This document shows, one piece after another, positions 21,028 to 30,632 of a stretch of 64,000 bases of DNA. The notes beneath the pieces are model-generated. The model was not told where the DNA came from. It saw only the letters and a list, made by a program, of their open reading frames with translations, and searched no databases. The position numbers and the translations under genes are program-made. The DNA is taken from the NCBI GenBank assembly GCA_016778985.1, contig JADHOM010000001.1:173613-237612 (forward strand), read 5' to 3'. This stretch comes from Alphaproteobacteria bacterium. GTDB lineage: Bacteria > Pseudomonadota > Alphaproteobacteria > Puniceispirillales > UBA1172. Position 1 is the stretch's first letter; each line of letters begins with the position of its first letter.

Positions 21028-22779
21028 TCACACCCTTGATTTGGCATGACTTCGCTGGGCTGTTGTTGCCGATATATCGACCTCGCCATTGGCGGTTAAA
21101 ATAACGCCGAAATAGTTTTTCGCCTGTTCTTTCGTATAGCGTTCCAGCATAACATCGCACCTGACGGCTTCTGGATCACGCATCATGGGATCACCATAGC
21201 CGCCACCGCCGGGGGTCGCGACAACCACCCGATCACCTGACTGAAGTGGAATATCCTGTTGTTTTGATAAATGAGGTGGGATAGACGGCTCACCATTGCG
21301 CCAGACAGTCACCGTATTTACTGCGCCATCCTTGCCGCCGCGCACCCCCTGAGGGCCATAGCGTCCATGATCCATGACAAAACTTGCCCGTGCCTCTGCT
21401 TGACGTAATTCAACCTCATATTCCAGACCAAAGCCGCCCCGATGATAGCCAGCACCGCCAGAACCTTCACGCAACGCATAACGATGGTACAGGACAGGAA
21501 AACTTTGTTCCATAATCTCAATAGGTGGGGCTTTTGAGATACCAATGGTTGAGCATCCATTGGCTAGGCCATCATGATCAGCGTTACCGCCATAGCCACC
21601 ACCTGATAGCTGATACATGACAAAATCCTGACCTTTTTCAGCATTATGACCACCGAGAGCAAAATTGCCGCTGGTGCCTGCGGGGGCGGCCGTAACGCGA
21701 TCTGGCAGGGCATCAACCAGCGCCGCAAAAACCGCTTCGGCTATGCGCTGTGAGACTTCGGCGGCGCATCCAGACACTGGCCGCGGGTACTGCGCATCCA
21801 GAAACGTGTTGTTAACGCCGGTCACTTCTAGTGGCTCAAAGGCGCCAGCGCTGATCGGTACTTCGGGAAAGATATGCCGCATCGCCAGATAAACAGAGCT
21901 AAGTGTTGTTGCCAGAACAGAGTTCATGGGGCCAATACAAGGCGGGCTTGAGCCAGCAAAATCAAAGGTCAGCGTATCATCTGATTTGTGAATGGCTAGA
22001 CGAATGGCAAGCGGCTCATTGACCACACCATCACTATCGACCCATGCGACTGACGAGTAGACTCCATCCGGAATATCCCGAATTAACGCCCGCATCTGGT
22101 TTGCTGCTCTTATCCGCAATTCAGCAATGGCGGCAACCATGACATCATCACCATATCTATCCATCAAGGCATTGAGCCTATCCTCACCGACTTTGAGCGC
22201 AGCAGCCTGTGCCATGACATCACCAATGCGCTGATCCGCGACACGAATATTACTGCATATAATGGCATATATTTCTTCGTCTAACTGGCCTTGTTTGAAT
22301 AATCGGACAGGCGGCAGGCGCAGCCCTTCTTGTTCAACGGCGGTGGCGGCGGCGGAAAATCCACCTGGAACGGCCCCGCCTGTATCAGGCCAGTGACCTG
22401 TATTTGATAACCAGCAGAACAATTTGCCGTGACGATAAAATGGCCGCGCAAACCGGACATCCATCAAATGCGTGCCGCCAAGATAGGGATCATTGACAAT
22501 ATAGATATCATCAGGTTGCGGAGGCGGGGTTAATCCATCACGAATACGTTCTATCAGCACCCGCGTTGAATATTGCATCGTGCCAACAAACACCGGTAAG
22601 CCGCCTGCCCCTTGCGCAATCAAAGCGCCGTCTTGAGCCGAATAAATGCCGTCAGAGCGGTCATTGGCCTCAGCTATAACAGGTGAGAAAGCGGCGCGCG
22701 AAAAACTTAAATCCATTTCATCACAGACTTGCTGTAAGCCAAACTGAATGACGCTTAGGGTAATCGGATCAAGTGCCAT
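21028..22779 (-). CDS. hyuB: Hydantoinase B/oxoprolinase family protein (HyuB-like subunit)
   Basis: The most likely start is ATG at 22779 (MALDPITLSVIQ...), preceded by GGAG and placed 1 nt after the hyuA stop. The longer ORF to 22866 would overlap hyuA. The N-terminus is typical HyuB (DPITLSV..L..VCDEM). Confidence 0.88.
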   Translation of the reverse strand: MALDPITLSVIQFGLQQVCDEMDLSFSRAAFSPVIAEANDRSDGIYSAQDGALIAQGAGGLPVFVGTMQYSTRVLIERIRDGLTPPPQPDDIYIVNDPYLGGTHLMDVRFARPFYRHGKLFCWLSNTGHWPDTGGAVPGGFSAAATAVEQEGLRLPPVRLFKQGQLDEEIYAIICSNIRVADQRIGDVMAQAAALKVGEDRLNALMDRYGDDVMVAAIAELRIRAANQMRALIRDIPDGVYSSVAWVDSDGVVNEPLAIRLAIHKSDDTLTFDFAGSSPPCIGPMNSVLATTLSSVYLAMRHIFPEVPISAGAFEPLEVTGVNNTFLDAQYPRPVSGCAAEVSQRIAEAVFAALVDALPDRVTAAPAGTSGNFALGGHNAEKGQDFVMYQLSGGGYGGNADHDGLANGCSTIGISKAPPIEIMEQSFPVLYHRYALREGSGGAGYHRGGFGLEYEVELRQAEARASFVMDHGRYGPQGVRGGKDGAVNTVTVWRNGEPSIPPHLSKQQDIPLQSGDRVVVATPGGGGYGDPMMRDPEAVRCDVMLERYTKEQAKNYFGVILTANGEVDISATTAQRSHAKSRV

Positions 22780-22780
22780 C

Positions 22781-24874
22781 TTATGCTCCTTCCCCAGACG
22801 CTTTACGGTCATTTTGCCCAACATGGATAAACAGATTACCCTCACTATCGGATGACACAGTGTCATCAGCTTCGACCAAAATAGTCGTGTCCATTTGCTG
22901 TATCATGGCCGGGCCATTAAGCGTGACGTCAAGTGGCAGGGATTCGCGCTGATAGATCGGCGTATCAATAAATTGCCCGCCAATATGGACTTGCCGAATA
23001 CCGATTTGGGCAGCCTCAAGGCTATCTTTGCGGCCGCTTGGCTGAATAAGCTGAGACAGGTCAAAGGCTTTGCGTTTGCCAATGACAGAGGTGTTTACAT
23101 TGACAATATTGGCATTGATTTTATCCAGCTTAACGCGGAAGCGATTAAAATACACCTCCTCAAATAGGGCTTGGATAGCGTTTTTACTGGCCGGCATCGG
23201 CATATTGTCTAAATTAACATTAAGGATATGGGTTTGGCCAATGAACTGCATATCCAGGCTACGGCTGACAATCATCTGATCAATGTCAACAGGCTCTTTA
23301 TTAATGATCGCGCGGCCGTGTTGTTCTTGTTGGATAAAAACATCATGGAGGCTATTCGCGTCCATTTTTGCAAGTGGTGTGTTGATTGTCTGGACAAAAT
23401 CTTGGCGCAAATCTGCAACCACGCAGCCGAGGGCATTGGTAATCCCCGGACGTGCAGGAACCAGAACGGTTGGAATGCCTAACTCCTTGGCAATCGCGGC
23501 AGCATGTAATGGCCCGGCACCACCAAAGGCAAAGAGGCTGAAGTCACGTGGGTCGGCGCCCAATGAAACCAGCACCATGCGGATAGCGCCCGCCATTTTT
23601 GCATTAGCGACACGCACCACCGCATCCGCCGCAGACACAGCATTCATCTGTAAATGCTGGCCAAGAGTTTGCTCAAAAACTGATTTGATATGATCAAGAC
23701 TGACACCGCCTTCAACCGATTTAACGGCGGTTAATTCAAGCCTGCCAAGGATCATATTAGCATCCGAAATTGTTGGTTCGGTGCCGCCACGACCATAACA
23801 AATAGGTCCTGGGTCTGCGCCAGCACTGTCAGGGCCTACTTCTAATAATCCGGCGGCATTAACGCGCGCAATTGAGCCGCCGCCAGCGCCAACAGTTCGG
23901 ACATCAATCATCGGGACATGAATAGGCATGGCATATTCAATCTCAATCTCATTTGAAACAGAAGGCTTGCCGTTTCTGATGACGGAAACATCAGTTGAGG
24001 TGCCGCCCATATCATATGTGATCAGATGATTATGATTGGTAGCTTTCCCGGTATTAATGGCGGCGATGACGCCTGATGCTGGGCCTGACATGACGGTTTT
24101 AGCGGCTTCTCGGGCAACATCTTGGCTTGATACAGTGCCACCATTGCCATTCATGACCAGCATTTCGCTTTTATATCCGTTGGCTTTCAGCTCACTGACC
24201 AGCCGCTGAATATAGCGTTCCAGCAATGGCTGAACCGAGGCATTTACCGCCGCCGTGACACCGCGTTCAAACTCACGGCTTTCTGATAATAATGCATGCC
24301 CCATCGTGATATATTGATTTGGCCATAGCTCGGCGGCTATCTCGGCAGCCTGATTTTCATGATCAGGATTGGCATAGGCATGAAGGAAATGAATGACCAG
24401 AGATTCGCAACCAGCATCAAGTAATTTTTGAACCGCCTGCCGCATCCCTGCCTGATCAAGAGGGGTGACAACACGGCCGGCATAATCCATTCTCTCGGCA
24501 ACCTCAAGGCGTAAATTGCGGGGAATAATGGGGGTAAACATGCCTTTCATGCCATAGGCTTGCGGGCGTGTTCGGCGGCCCAATTCCAGCACATCACGAA
24601 AGCCCTGGGTGGTGATTAATCCGGTTCGCGATAACTTGCGCTCTAGCACTGCATTAGTTGTTGTCGTGGTGCCGTGAATAATCAGATCAACTGAGCTGAG
24701 ATCAGCATCAGCCTCTTGCAACGCATTAAGCACGCCATAGGCTTGGTTGTCTGGGGTCGTTGGGACTTTGGCAATGGTGACAGAACCGCTATGCGATTCC
24801 AGCATCACTAAATCTGTAAATGTACCGCCGACATCAATGCCAATGACATGCTGGGCTAATGGTGGTTTTGTCAT
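22781..24874 (-). CDS. hyuA: Hydantoinase A/oxoprolinase family protein (HyuA-like, ATP-binding subunit)
   Basis: The N-terminal ASKHA-fold motif IGIDVGGTFTDLV and YDMGGTSTDVS are present. Size is 697 aa. Confidence 0.9.
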   Translation of the reverse strand: MTKPPLAQHVIGIDVGGTFTDLVMLESHSGSVTIAKVPTTPDNQAYGVLNALQEADADLSSVDLIIHGTTTTTNAVLERKLSRTGLITTQGFRDVLELGRRTRPQAYGMKGMFTPIIPRNLRLEVAERMDYAGRVVTPLDQAGMRQAVQKLLDAGCESLVIHFLHAYANPDHENQAAEIAAELWPNQYITMGHALLSESREFERGVTAAVNASVQPLLERYIQRLVSELKANGYKSEMLVMNGNGGTVSSQDVAREAAKTVMSGPASGVIAAINTGKATNHNHLITYDMGGTSTDVSVIRNGKPSVSNEIEIEYAMPIHVPMIDVRTVGAGGGSIARVNAAGLLEVGPDSAGADPGPICYGRGGTEPTISDANMILGRLELTAVKSVEGGVSLDHIKSVFEQTLGQHLQMNAVSAADAVVRVANAKMAGAIRMVLVSLGADPRDFSLFAFGGAGPLHAAAIAKELGIPTVLVPARPGITNALGCVVADLRQDFVQTINTPLAKMDANSLHDVFIQQEQHGRAIINKEPVDIDQMIVSRSLDMQFIGQTHILNVNLDNMPMPASKNAIQALFEEVYFNRFRVKLDKINANIVNVNTSVIGKRKAFDLSQLIQPSGRKDSLEAAQIGIRQVHIGGQFIDTPIYQRESLPLDVTLNGPAMIQQMDTTILVEADDTVSSDSEGNLFIHVGQNDRKASGEGA

Positions 24875-25004
24875 GTTGTTGCCAAACTATATTTATTTGT
24901 ACACAAATGATTTGAAGATTTCTTTATATTTGTCAAGATAGCAAAATCATCTTAGCATCGGAACGGTTATGATTAACTCAAAAATGCTACTCCGAAAGAT
25001 TTGG

Positions 25005-25049
25005 GCGCAAATGATACTAGTACAAATGATATATGCGCAAATATTGGCA
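25005..25049. repeat. Three imperfect tandem repeats with a 15-bp period (GCGCAAATGATACTA / GTACAAATGATATAT / GCGCAAATATTGGCA)
   Basis: Read directly. They lie in the divergent region between hyuA (start 24874) and the membrane-protein/ABC operon. A fourth related copy, ACACAAATGATT, is at 24901-24912. Confidence 0.6.
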
Positions 25050-25079
25050 AAGATAATATATCGCTGGCGGCAATCTGTC

Positions 25080-26510
25080 ATGGCAATGCTGATAATTCTG
25101 GTCGCTTCATTGCTTATGCCTATTAAATTGAGTTTTGCGCATGCTTCAGGGCAAAGTTTTGTCATGCTGTTGCCAACAGATTTTTATACTCTTGGCGGCG
25201 TTTTTGTTGTTGCATTAACTATTGTTTTATTAGCATTAGTGCCTGTCACGGGAACGTCTGGGCTGCATCACAGTTTGGCTTTATGTCGGATAAAGCGGCG
25301 TCGAGGCGTCGCCAAGAGCATTCATTTCTTGGCCTTTATCACTTTTTTCTGGCTCTTATCATCAGGCTGGTATGGCACGACTGATCCATTAAAAAATCCA
25401 CTCACGCTAGGGTTCTGGACAGTGTTTTGGATGGCTCTGGTGATGGTAGAAGGGCTATTTTTCGGGGTTTGGCGATGGCTTAATCCATGGGTCTTCGCCT
25501 ATCACCTGTCTCGCCGAATAATAGAGAGATTAATCGGCAGACAAAAGGTCATGCCATGGCCTCAGCGCCTATCATATTGGCCGGGGGTTTTGTTGTTATT
25601 TGGGTTTGCGGCGTTTACTTTGGCTGATCCAGCTCCCACTGATCCATCACGACTCGCCAGTATTATATTCTGCTATTGGCTGATCACGTTAATCGGCATG
25701 GTGGTCTTCGGGTTCCGCACATGGTCGCGTCATGCGGAGCTGTTTTCAATGATTATGCTTAGCTTTGGCGCATTGCGCGTGATATCAATTTGCGCTGGTC
25801 AATTGCGGCTGGGGATGCCGGGCTGGCGGGTTATGAGAAACCGTCAGGTCGGGGTTGTGAAACCGCATCTGTCAGCGGCGTTTTTCTTGCTCATGCTATT
25901 AGGGGTAGGTTCTTTTGATGGATTTAATGAAACCTTTGTGTGGCTTTCATGGATTAATGTGAATCCCTTAGATTTTCCGGGGCGGTCAGCGATTATTGTG
26001 CCTACACTTAGCGGCATCGTATTCGCTAATCTGATCTTAATAATGATCTTTGGCGTATTGATCTGGCTCGGCATGATGGCAGCATCTGATAGCCCGCAAT
26101 ATCGGTTATCCTTAACCCGTTTGATTAGCCTTTATGCGGCTTCTCTACTGCCGATTGCGCTGGCATATCATGTTGCGCATTATCTGCCATCACTGCTGGT
26201 TGAGATACAGTATGTTGGGCTGGCGATTGATGGCATGTTTGGCAAGAATGTGCATATTCTTGGCTTGCAAGATTTCCATGTTACGGATGGGTTTTTCAAG
26301 CATCTGGATTGGGTGCGTATGATCTGGCTAACGCAAGCTGGAATTGTTGTTGCTGGTCATGTTATTTCGGTGCTGATGGCGCATCACTTGGCCGCTGGAC
26401 GGTATAGCAATCGCTTTGAAACGCTGGTCAGCCAGTTGCCAGTAGCGCTATTTATGATTGGATATACTTGGCTTGGCTTATGGTTGTTGGCGGCGCCAAA
26501 AGGGGGCTAG
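25080..26510 (+). CDS. Hypothetical polytopic membrane protein with N-terminal signal peptide
   Basis: The preferred start at 25080 gives MAMLIILVASLLMPIKLSFAHA. The upstream part of the listed ORF is the repeat-containing AT-rich spacer. About 10-12 hydrophobic segments are present, with conserved-looking His in TM segments (AYHVAHYLP, AGHVISVLMAHHLA). I recognised no family. Confidence 0.6.
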   Translation: MAMLIILVASLLMPIKLSFAHASGQSFVMLLPTDFYTLGGVFVVALTIVLLALVPVTGTSGLHHSLALCRIKRRRGVAKSIHFLAFITFFWLLSSGWYGTTDPLKNPLTLGFWTVFWMALVMVEGLFFGVWRWLNPWVFAYHLSRRIIERLIGRQKVMPWPQRLSYWPGVLLLFGFAAFTLADPAPTDPSRLASIIFCYWLITLIGMVVFGFRTWSRHAELFSMIMLSFGALRVISICAGQLRLGMPGWRVMRNRQVGVVKPHLSAAFFLLMLLGVGSFDGFNETFVWLSWINVNPLDFPGRSAIIVPTLSGIVFANLILIMIFGVLIWLGMMAASDSPQYRLSLTRLISLYAASLLPIALAYHVAHYLPSLLVEIQYVGLAIDGMFGKNVHILGLQDFHVTDGFFKHLDWVRMIWLTQAGIVVAGHVISVLMAHHLAAGRYSNRFETLVSQLPVALFMIGYTWLGLWLLAAPKGG

Positions 26511-26592
26511 ACAAAACCTGCATTTTATGGGCAGACTGTTTGTATACATATGTTCTTACGGAAAATATTATTCTGTTTGTAGGGAGGAAAAT

Positions 26593-27912
26593 ATGACTAA
26601 AACATCAAAACCAATTTTGAAGCCTCTTTTAACGCCCCGTCTGACAGGGCGTCGTCAAGTCCTTAAAGGCGCTGCCGCTAGTCTGGCGCTTGGCGCAGTA
26701 TCAATGCCGCTGATGGGTCGTTATGCCCAAACGCAAAGCGCGGAGCCTATCAAGATTGGCTTTCAGGTTCACCGGACGGGTATCGGCGCTGCTTATGGGC
26801 GTTGGTATGATCGCACAACTATGGCAGCTGTTGATAAGATTAACAGCGAGGGTGGGATCAATGGTCGGCCGATTGAAATTATTGCCGAGGATGATGGTAC
26901 AGACCCAAAACGTGGCGCCGAAGTCGTCGAAAAATTCGCTACTCAGCATAATGCTGATTTGGCTTTTGGCACGTTATTCAGCCATGTCGTTTATGGGTCA
27001 GCGCCACGTGCAGGTGAACTCAAGATACCATATTTTGTTGTCTCCGAAGGGCATCATGTTGCTAGTGGGGCGCTTAACCGCTACACCCTGCAACCGGGTA
27101 TTACCGATGTGAAAAGTCAGGTTCAGGCGATGGCACCATTCGTTGCTGATAACTTAGGTAAAAAAGTGACGATGGTATATCCTGATTTTGCCTTTGGTCA
27201 TGATCATAGAGATTATTTTTCTGCGGCTATCGAAGCGCAAGGTGGAAAGGTGATTGAGAAAATCGCAATTCCCCCAACAGAAACATCATTCACCAAATAC
27301 TTTCCGAAAATTCCGCGTGATACCGAAGTCATCTATCATGTCATGGTCGGGCCTGCGGTGCTGACCTTTGTTAAAGAAATGGGTGAGTTCTTTGGTAGCT
27401 CACGCCCAGAAATTTTTGGCTTTATTGATAGCCTTGAGGCAACGGATTTATCTAGCCCAGGTCTTGAGTTCCTAGAGGGCACATATTTCTGGGAAGGCAA
27501 CCCACGTTATGCGCAAGCCAATCAATCAGAATATGATAAAGCCTATCGTGCGGCTGTTGGGGTTGACGCTAATGGGGCGTCGGTTTCGGACACCAAGGAT
27601 GTGTCCACCTATGCCCATATGTTTGGCTGCTGGGAGACCTTGCATATTGTTAAGGCCGGCATGGAAGCATCTGGATATAGTGGCACTGGTGATCGGGCAA
27701 AACTGATCGAAGCTGTTGAAGCTATGACAGATATGCCGCATTCGCATGCACATCCGCAAGGTGCCAAGCGCTTTAACGGCAAGACGCATCAGACGTTTGG
27801 CCATCAATATATCACCAGAGTTAATAACAGCAGACTTGATCTGGTGCACACAACCTCTATCGAAGATACGCTTTATCCAGACGAAGTGGATTACACAAAG
27901 CAATCTTTCTAA
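26593..27912 (+). CDS. ABC transporter substrate-binding protein, Liv/amide-urea type (Peripla_BP_6-like), with twin-arginine signal
   Basis: ATG at 26593 follows GGGAGG. The Tat-like motif is TGRRQVLKGAAASLALGA. The mature part begins EPIKIGFQVHRTGIGAAYG, typical of LivJ/AmiC-type binding proteins. Confidence 0.85.
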   Translation: MTKTSKPILKPLLTPRLTGRRQVLKGAAASLALGAVSMPLMGRYAQTQSAEPIKIGFQVHRTGIGAAYGRWYDRTTMAAVDKINSEGGINGRPIEIIAEDDGTDPKRGAEVVEKFATQHNADLAFGTLFSHVVYGSAPRAGELKIPYFVVSEGHHVASGALNRYTLQPGITDVKSQVQAMAPFVADNLGKKVTMVYPDFAFGHDHRDYFSAAIEAQGGKVIEKIAIPPTETSFTKYFPKIPRDTEVIYHVMVGPAVLTFVKEMGEFFGSSRPEIFGFIDSLEATDLSSPGLEFLEGTYFWEGNPRYAQANQSEYDKAYRAAVGVDANGASVSDTKDVSTYAHMFGCWETLHIVKAGMEASGYSGTGDRAKLIEAVEAMTDMPHSHAHPQGAKRFNGKTHQTFGHQYITRVNNSRLDLVHTTSIEDTLYPDEVDYTKQSF

Positions 27913-27922
27913 TACTAATATT

Positions 27923-27971
27923 GCCCTTCCCTGTTGATCAATACAGCAATGGGGAGTTAATGGGGAAGGGC
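27923..27971 (+). terminator. Intra-operon stem-loop (9-bp GC-rich stem GCCCTTCCC/GGGAAGGGC, about 31-nt loop) followed by TTCATTTT
   Basis: Read directly. It lies between the binding-protein gene and the first permease gene, and may be an attenuator or mRNA-stability element. Confidence 0.4.
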
Positions 27972-27997
27972 TTCATTTTGAATAGATTTTTTAGCTA

Positions 27998-28924
27998 ATG
28001 GAACTAGCACCTTATCTGATACTTGGCAGCATTGAGGGACTGGTCACCGCCGCCGTACTGGCGCTGATGGCTGTTGGGTTGAGCCTGGTCTTTGGGGTCA
28101 TGCGGGTCGTCAATGTTGCCCATGGTGAGTTCTTCATGCTTGGCGCGGTCTTGGCGTGGTTTGTTGCGGATATGATTGGCGGTCATCCGGCGATATCTTT
28201 TATTGCCGCCTTATTTATTGCGCCAATGCTGGTCGGCAGTCTGGCCATTGTCGCCGATACGACCATTTTGAAGCGCATCAATTATGATCCTGAGCGTACT
28301 ATCGTTGCCACGATAGGGCTGCTTTATATAATTCAGCAGGTCACCTTGATGACCTATGGGTCTAACGCCCGCCCTGTTGAGCCACCCTTTAATCAGCGCA
28401 TTTCTATTCCGTGGTTTGAATGGACAGAAAGCGGCTTGTCTATGTATTGGCCGTGGGGGCTGGGCACAACTACCTATAAGCTAGCGGTAATAGGTTTCGC
28501 CATTATTTTACTACTGGCTATTTGGCTTTTGATGACGCGAACACGCATTGGTTTGATCATGCGGGCGACACAACTTGATCGTGATGTTGCACAGGCTTAC
28601 GGGATCAATGTTGATCGTGTTTATGCTATGGTGTTTGGGCTTGGTGCTGGGCTTGCTGCTCTGGCGGCGGTGCTAATCGTGCCTATTCAGCAGGCGCATT
28701 ATTTAATGGGGCATGACCCCTTATTATTATCCTTTATTGTAGTGATTATTGGCGGTTTAGGCAGCCTTGCCGGAACGGTAGTGGCGGCGGTCTTAATCGG
28801 ATTAAGCGATGGTCTCATCTCGGTATTCTTTACGCCGACACTTGCGAAAATTATTGCCACATTAATTGTGACTTTTGTGTTGATTTTCAGACCTTCCGGA
28901 CTGCTTGGGAAGCATCGCCCATGA
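27998..28924 (+). CDS. Branched-chain amino acid-type ABC permease (LivH family)
   Basis: The 308-aa polytopic protein contains the VNVAHGEFFMLGA motif. Confidence 0.88.
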   Translation: MELAPYLILGSIEGLVTAAVLALMAVGLSLVFGVMRVVNVAHGEFFMLGAVLAWFVADMIGGHPAISFIAALFIAPMLVGSLAIVADTTILKRINYDPERTIVATIGLLYIIQQVTLMTYGSNARPVEPPFNQRISIPWFEWTESGLSMYWPWGLGTTTYKLAVIGFAIILLLAIWLLMTRTRIGLIMRATQLDRDVAQAYGINVDRVYAMVFGLGAGLAALAAVLIVPIQQAHYLMGHDPLLLSFIVVIIGGLGSLAGTVVAAVLIGLSDGLISVFFTPTLAKIIATLIVTFVLIFRPSGLLGKHRP

Positions 28925-29910
28925 GTGTGTCTGAAACAAATGCAACTAGGCCAGCCGCCAAACCGCTGACAAATGTTAAAAAGTCGCTGTATTTTCATGT
29001 TGGGTTAATCGGTGTTTTATTCCTCTTGCAATTTATCTTGCCAGCCTATCATCACGGCAATCTGGCGCGCATTATGGTGCTTGCCAGCTATGCGATGGGC
29101 TACAATATTCTCTTTGGCTATACCGGATTATTGAGCCTTGGCCATGCCATGTTTTTTGCTGCTGGCATGTATGGGATGGGATTGCCGATGGCGCATCTCG
29201 GCTGGACGCCGGAGCCAGCTTTAGTGGCTGGATTTGTTGCCGGCATAGTGGTTTCAGCAAGCATTGGCTTCCTTGCTTTACGGACAAGTGGGGTGTCATT
29301 CATGATTGTCACATTGATGTTCGCGCAAGCTGGATTTTTGACCATTTTATATTTCGGAGAATGGACACGCGGCGATGAGGGTTTTGTCATTCAGCAAGCT
29401 GAGCGTGTCATGGCAGGGTTTGATTTAAGCCAGCCTGCTAATCGCTATAACGCCGCGCTGATTTTGTTTTCGCTCTGTCTAATCTTCACCCTCAAGCTGG
29501 TTCATAGCCGCTTTGGCCGTGTCATGATTGCTATACGTGAAAACGAAGAGCGCACTCAAATGTTAGGTTATGATGTGCATTTCCATAAATGGATGGCTGT
29601 CATTATGTCGGGCACTATGGCGGCATTGGCAGGTGCCGCTTATGCGCTGCTATTTGGTTATGCGGGGGCGACGTTTGCATCGGTGCAGTATTCTATTTTC
29701 CCGCTTTTATGGGTGTTACTTGGTGGTGCCGGGACAGCATTAGGGCCGTTTATTGGCACCTTGTTTATGTTCTATCTGATTGATCTATCCAGTTCATTCA
29801 CAACAGCATATATGCTAATCGCCGGCCTCGCTTTAGTGTTGTTAACACTGTTTTTACCGCAAGGGCTGGTTGGTGAATTAAGACGGAGGGTGATGCCTTG
29901 GCTGACATGA
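28921..29910 (+). CDS. Branched-chain amino acid-type ABC permease (LivM family)
   Basis: The start overlaps the upstream stop (ATGA). The motif GYTGLLSLGHAMFFAAGMY is present. Confidence 0.88.
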   Translation: MSVSETNATRPAAKPLTNVKKSLYFHVGLIGVLFLLQFILPAYHHGNLARIMVLASYAMGYNILFGYTGLLSLGHAMFFAAGMYGMGLPMAHLGWTPEPALVAGFVAGIVVSASIGFLALRTSGVSFMIVTLMFAQAGFLTILYFGEWTRGDEGFVIQQAERVMAGFDLSQPANRYNAALILFSLCLIFTLKLVHSRFGRVMIAIRENEERTQMLGYDVHFHKWMAVIMSGTMAALAGAAYALLFGYAGATFASVQYSIFPLLWVLLGGAGTALGPFIGTLFMFYLIDLSSSFTTAYMLIAGLALVLLTLFLPQGLVGELRRRVMPWLT

Positions 29911-30632
29911 CAAAACCACATATCAGCACAAGTTCGGTGAGCCGTCATTTTGGTGGCTTGATAGCCGTTGATCAGGTTGATTTTGCTGTTCCTCGGGGTG
30001 AGATTCGCGCTATTATTGGTCCGAATGGCGCTGGTAAATCCACTTTTGTTGGCATGTTATGTGGCCGCATCCCTGTTTCTTCTGGCAAGATTATGTTTAA
30101 CGGCAAAGACGTGACCGTATTACCTGCCCATAAACGCATCCGCCAAGGCATTGCCTACACGTTTCAAATTACGTCAATTTATGGCCGCCTAAGTCTCAAG
30201 GATAATGTTCGGCTATCAACATCATGGCGTTGGGGCAGTGATGAGGCGGCACTCGAAAACAGCATAGATGAGGCGCTAAGCCGTGTCGGGCTAGAAGATC
30301 GCATGGATCAAATGGCTGGTGATTTGAGTTATGGGCATCAGCGGTTGCTAGAGATTGCTATGGGCATTAGCCAACATCCGCAACTGCTCATTCTTGATGA
30401 GCCAACGCAAGGATTAGCAGATAGTGAGATTGCCGATTTTGTTACATTAATCCGTGAGCTGGGCGGTGACATGACCATTTTGCTCATCGAACATAATATG
30501 AATGTGGTGATGGATACGGCGGATCAGATTACCGTCTTGAATCTTGGCAAAGTGCTGGCGACAGGAACGCCAGACGAGATCAGAGCTAATCGTGAGGTGC
30601 AGATTGCCTATCTGGGAGAGACTCATGCTTGA
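29907..30632 (+). CDS. ABC transporter ATP-binding protein (LivG family)
   Basis: ATG at 29907 overlaps the livM-type stop. Walker A is GPNGAGKST, the signature is LSYGHQRLLEIA, and Walker B is LLILDEP. Confidence 0.9.
   Translation: MTKPHISTSSVSRHFGGLIAVDQVDFAVPRGEIRAIIGPNGAGKSTFVGMLCGRIPVSSGKIMFNGKDVTVLPAHKRIRQGIAYTFQITSIYGRLSLKDNVRLSTSWRWGSDEAALENSIDEALSRVGLEDRMDQMAGDLSYGHQRLLEIAMGISQHPQLLILDEPTQGLADSEIADFVTLIRELGGDMTILLIEHNMNVVMDTADQITVLNLGKVLATGTPDEIRANREVQIAYLGETHA

Noticed and set aside
24969-25079. N-terminal extensions of listed ORFs: 24969, 26458, 30544, 22866 (hyuB), 57629 (FMN subunit), 59190, 41191, 37910, 39385, 9343, 7898 and 5683.
   Set aside because: The extensions have three problems. 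They overlap the preceding gene, they start at non-ATG codons right after a stop, or they translate AT-rich spacer or repeat DNA. In each case an internal ATG with a Shine-Dalgarno-like sequence gives the family-typical N-terminus (e.g. MCGIVG, MALDPITL, MTKTSKP with an RR signal).
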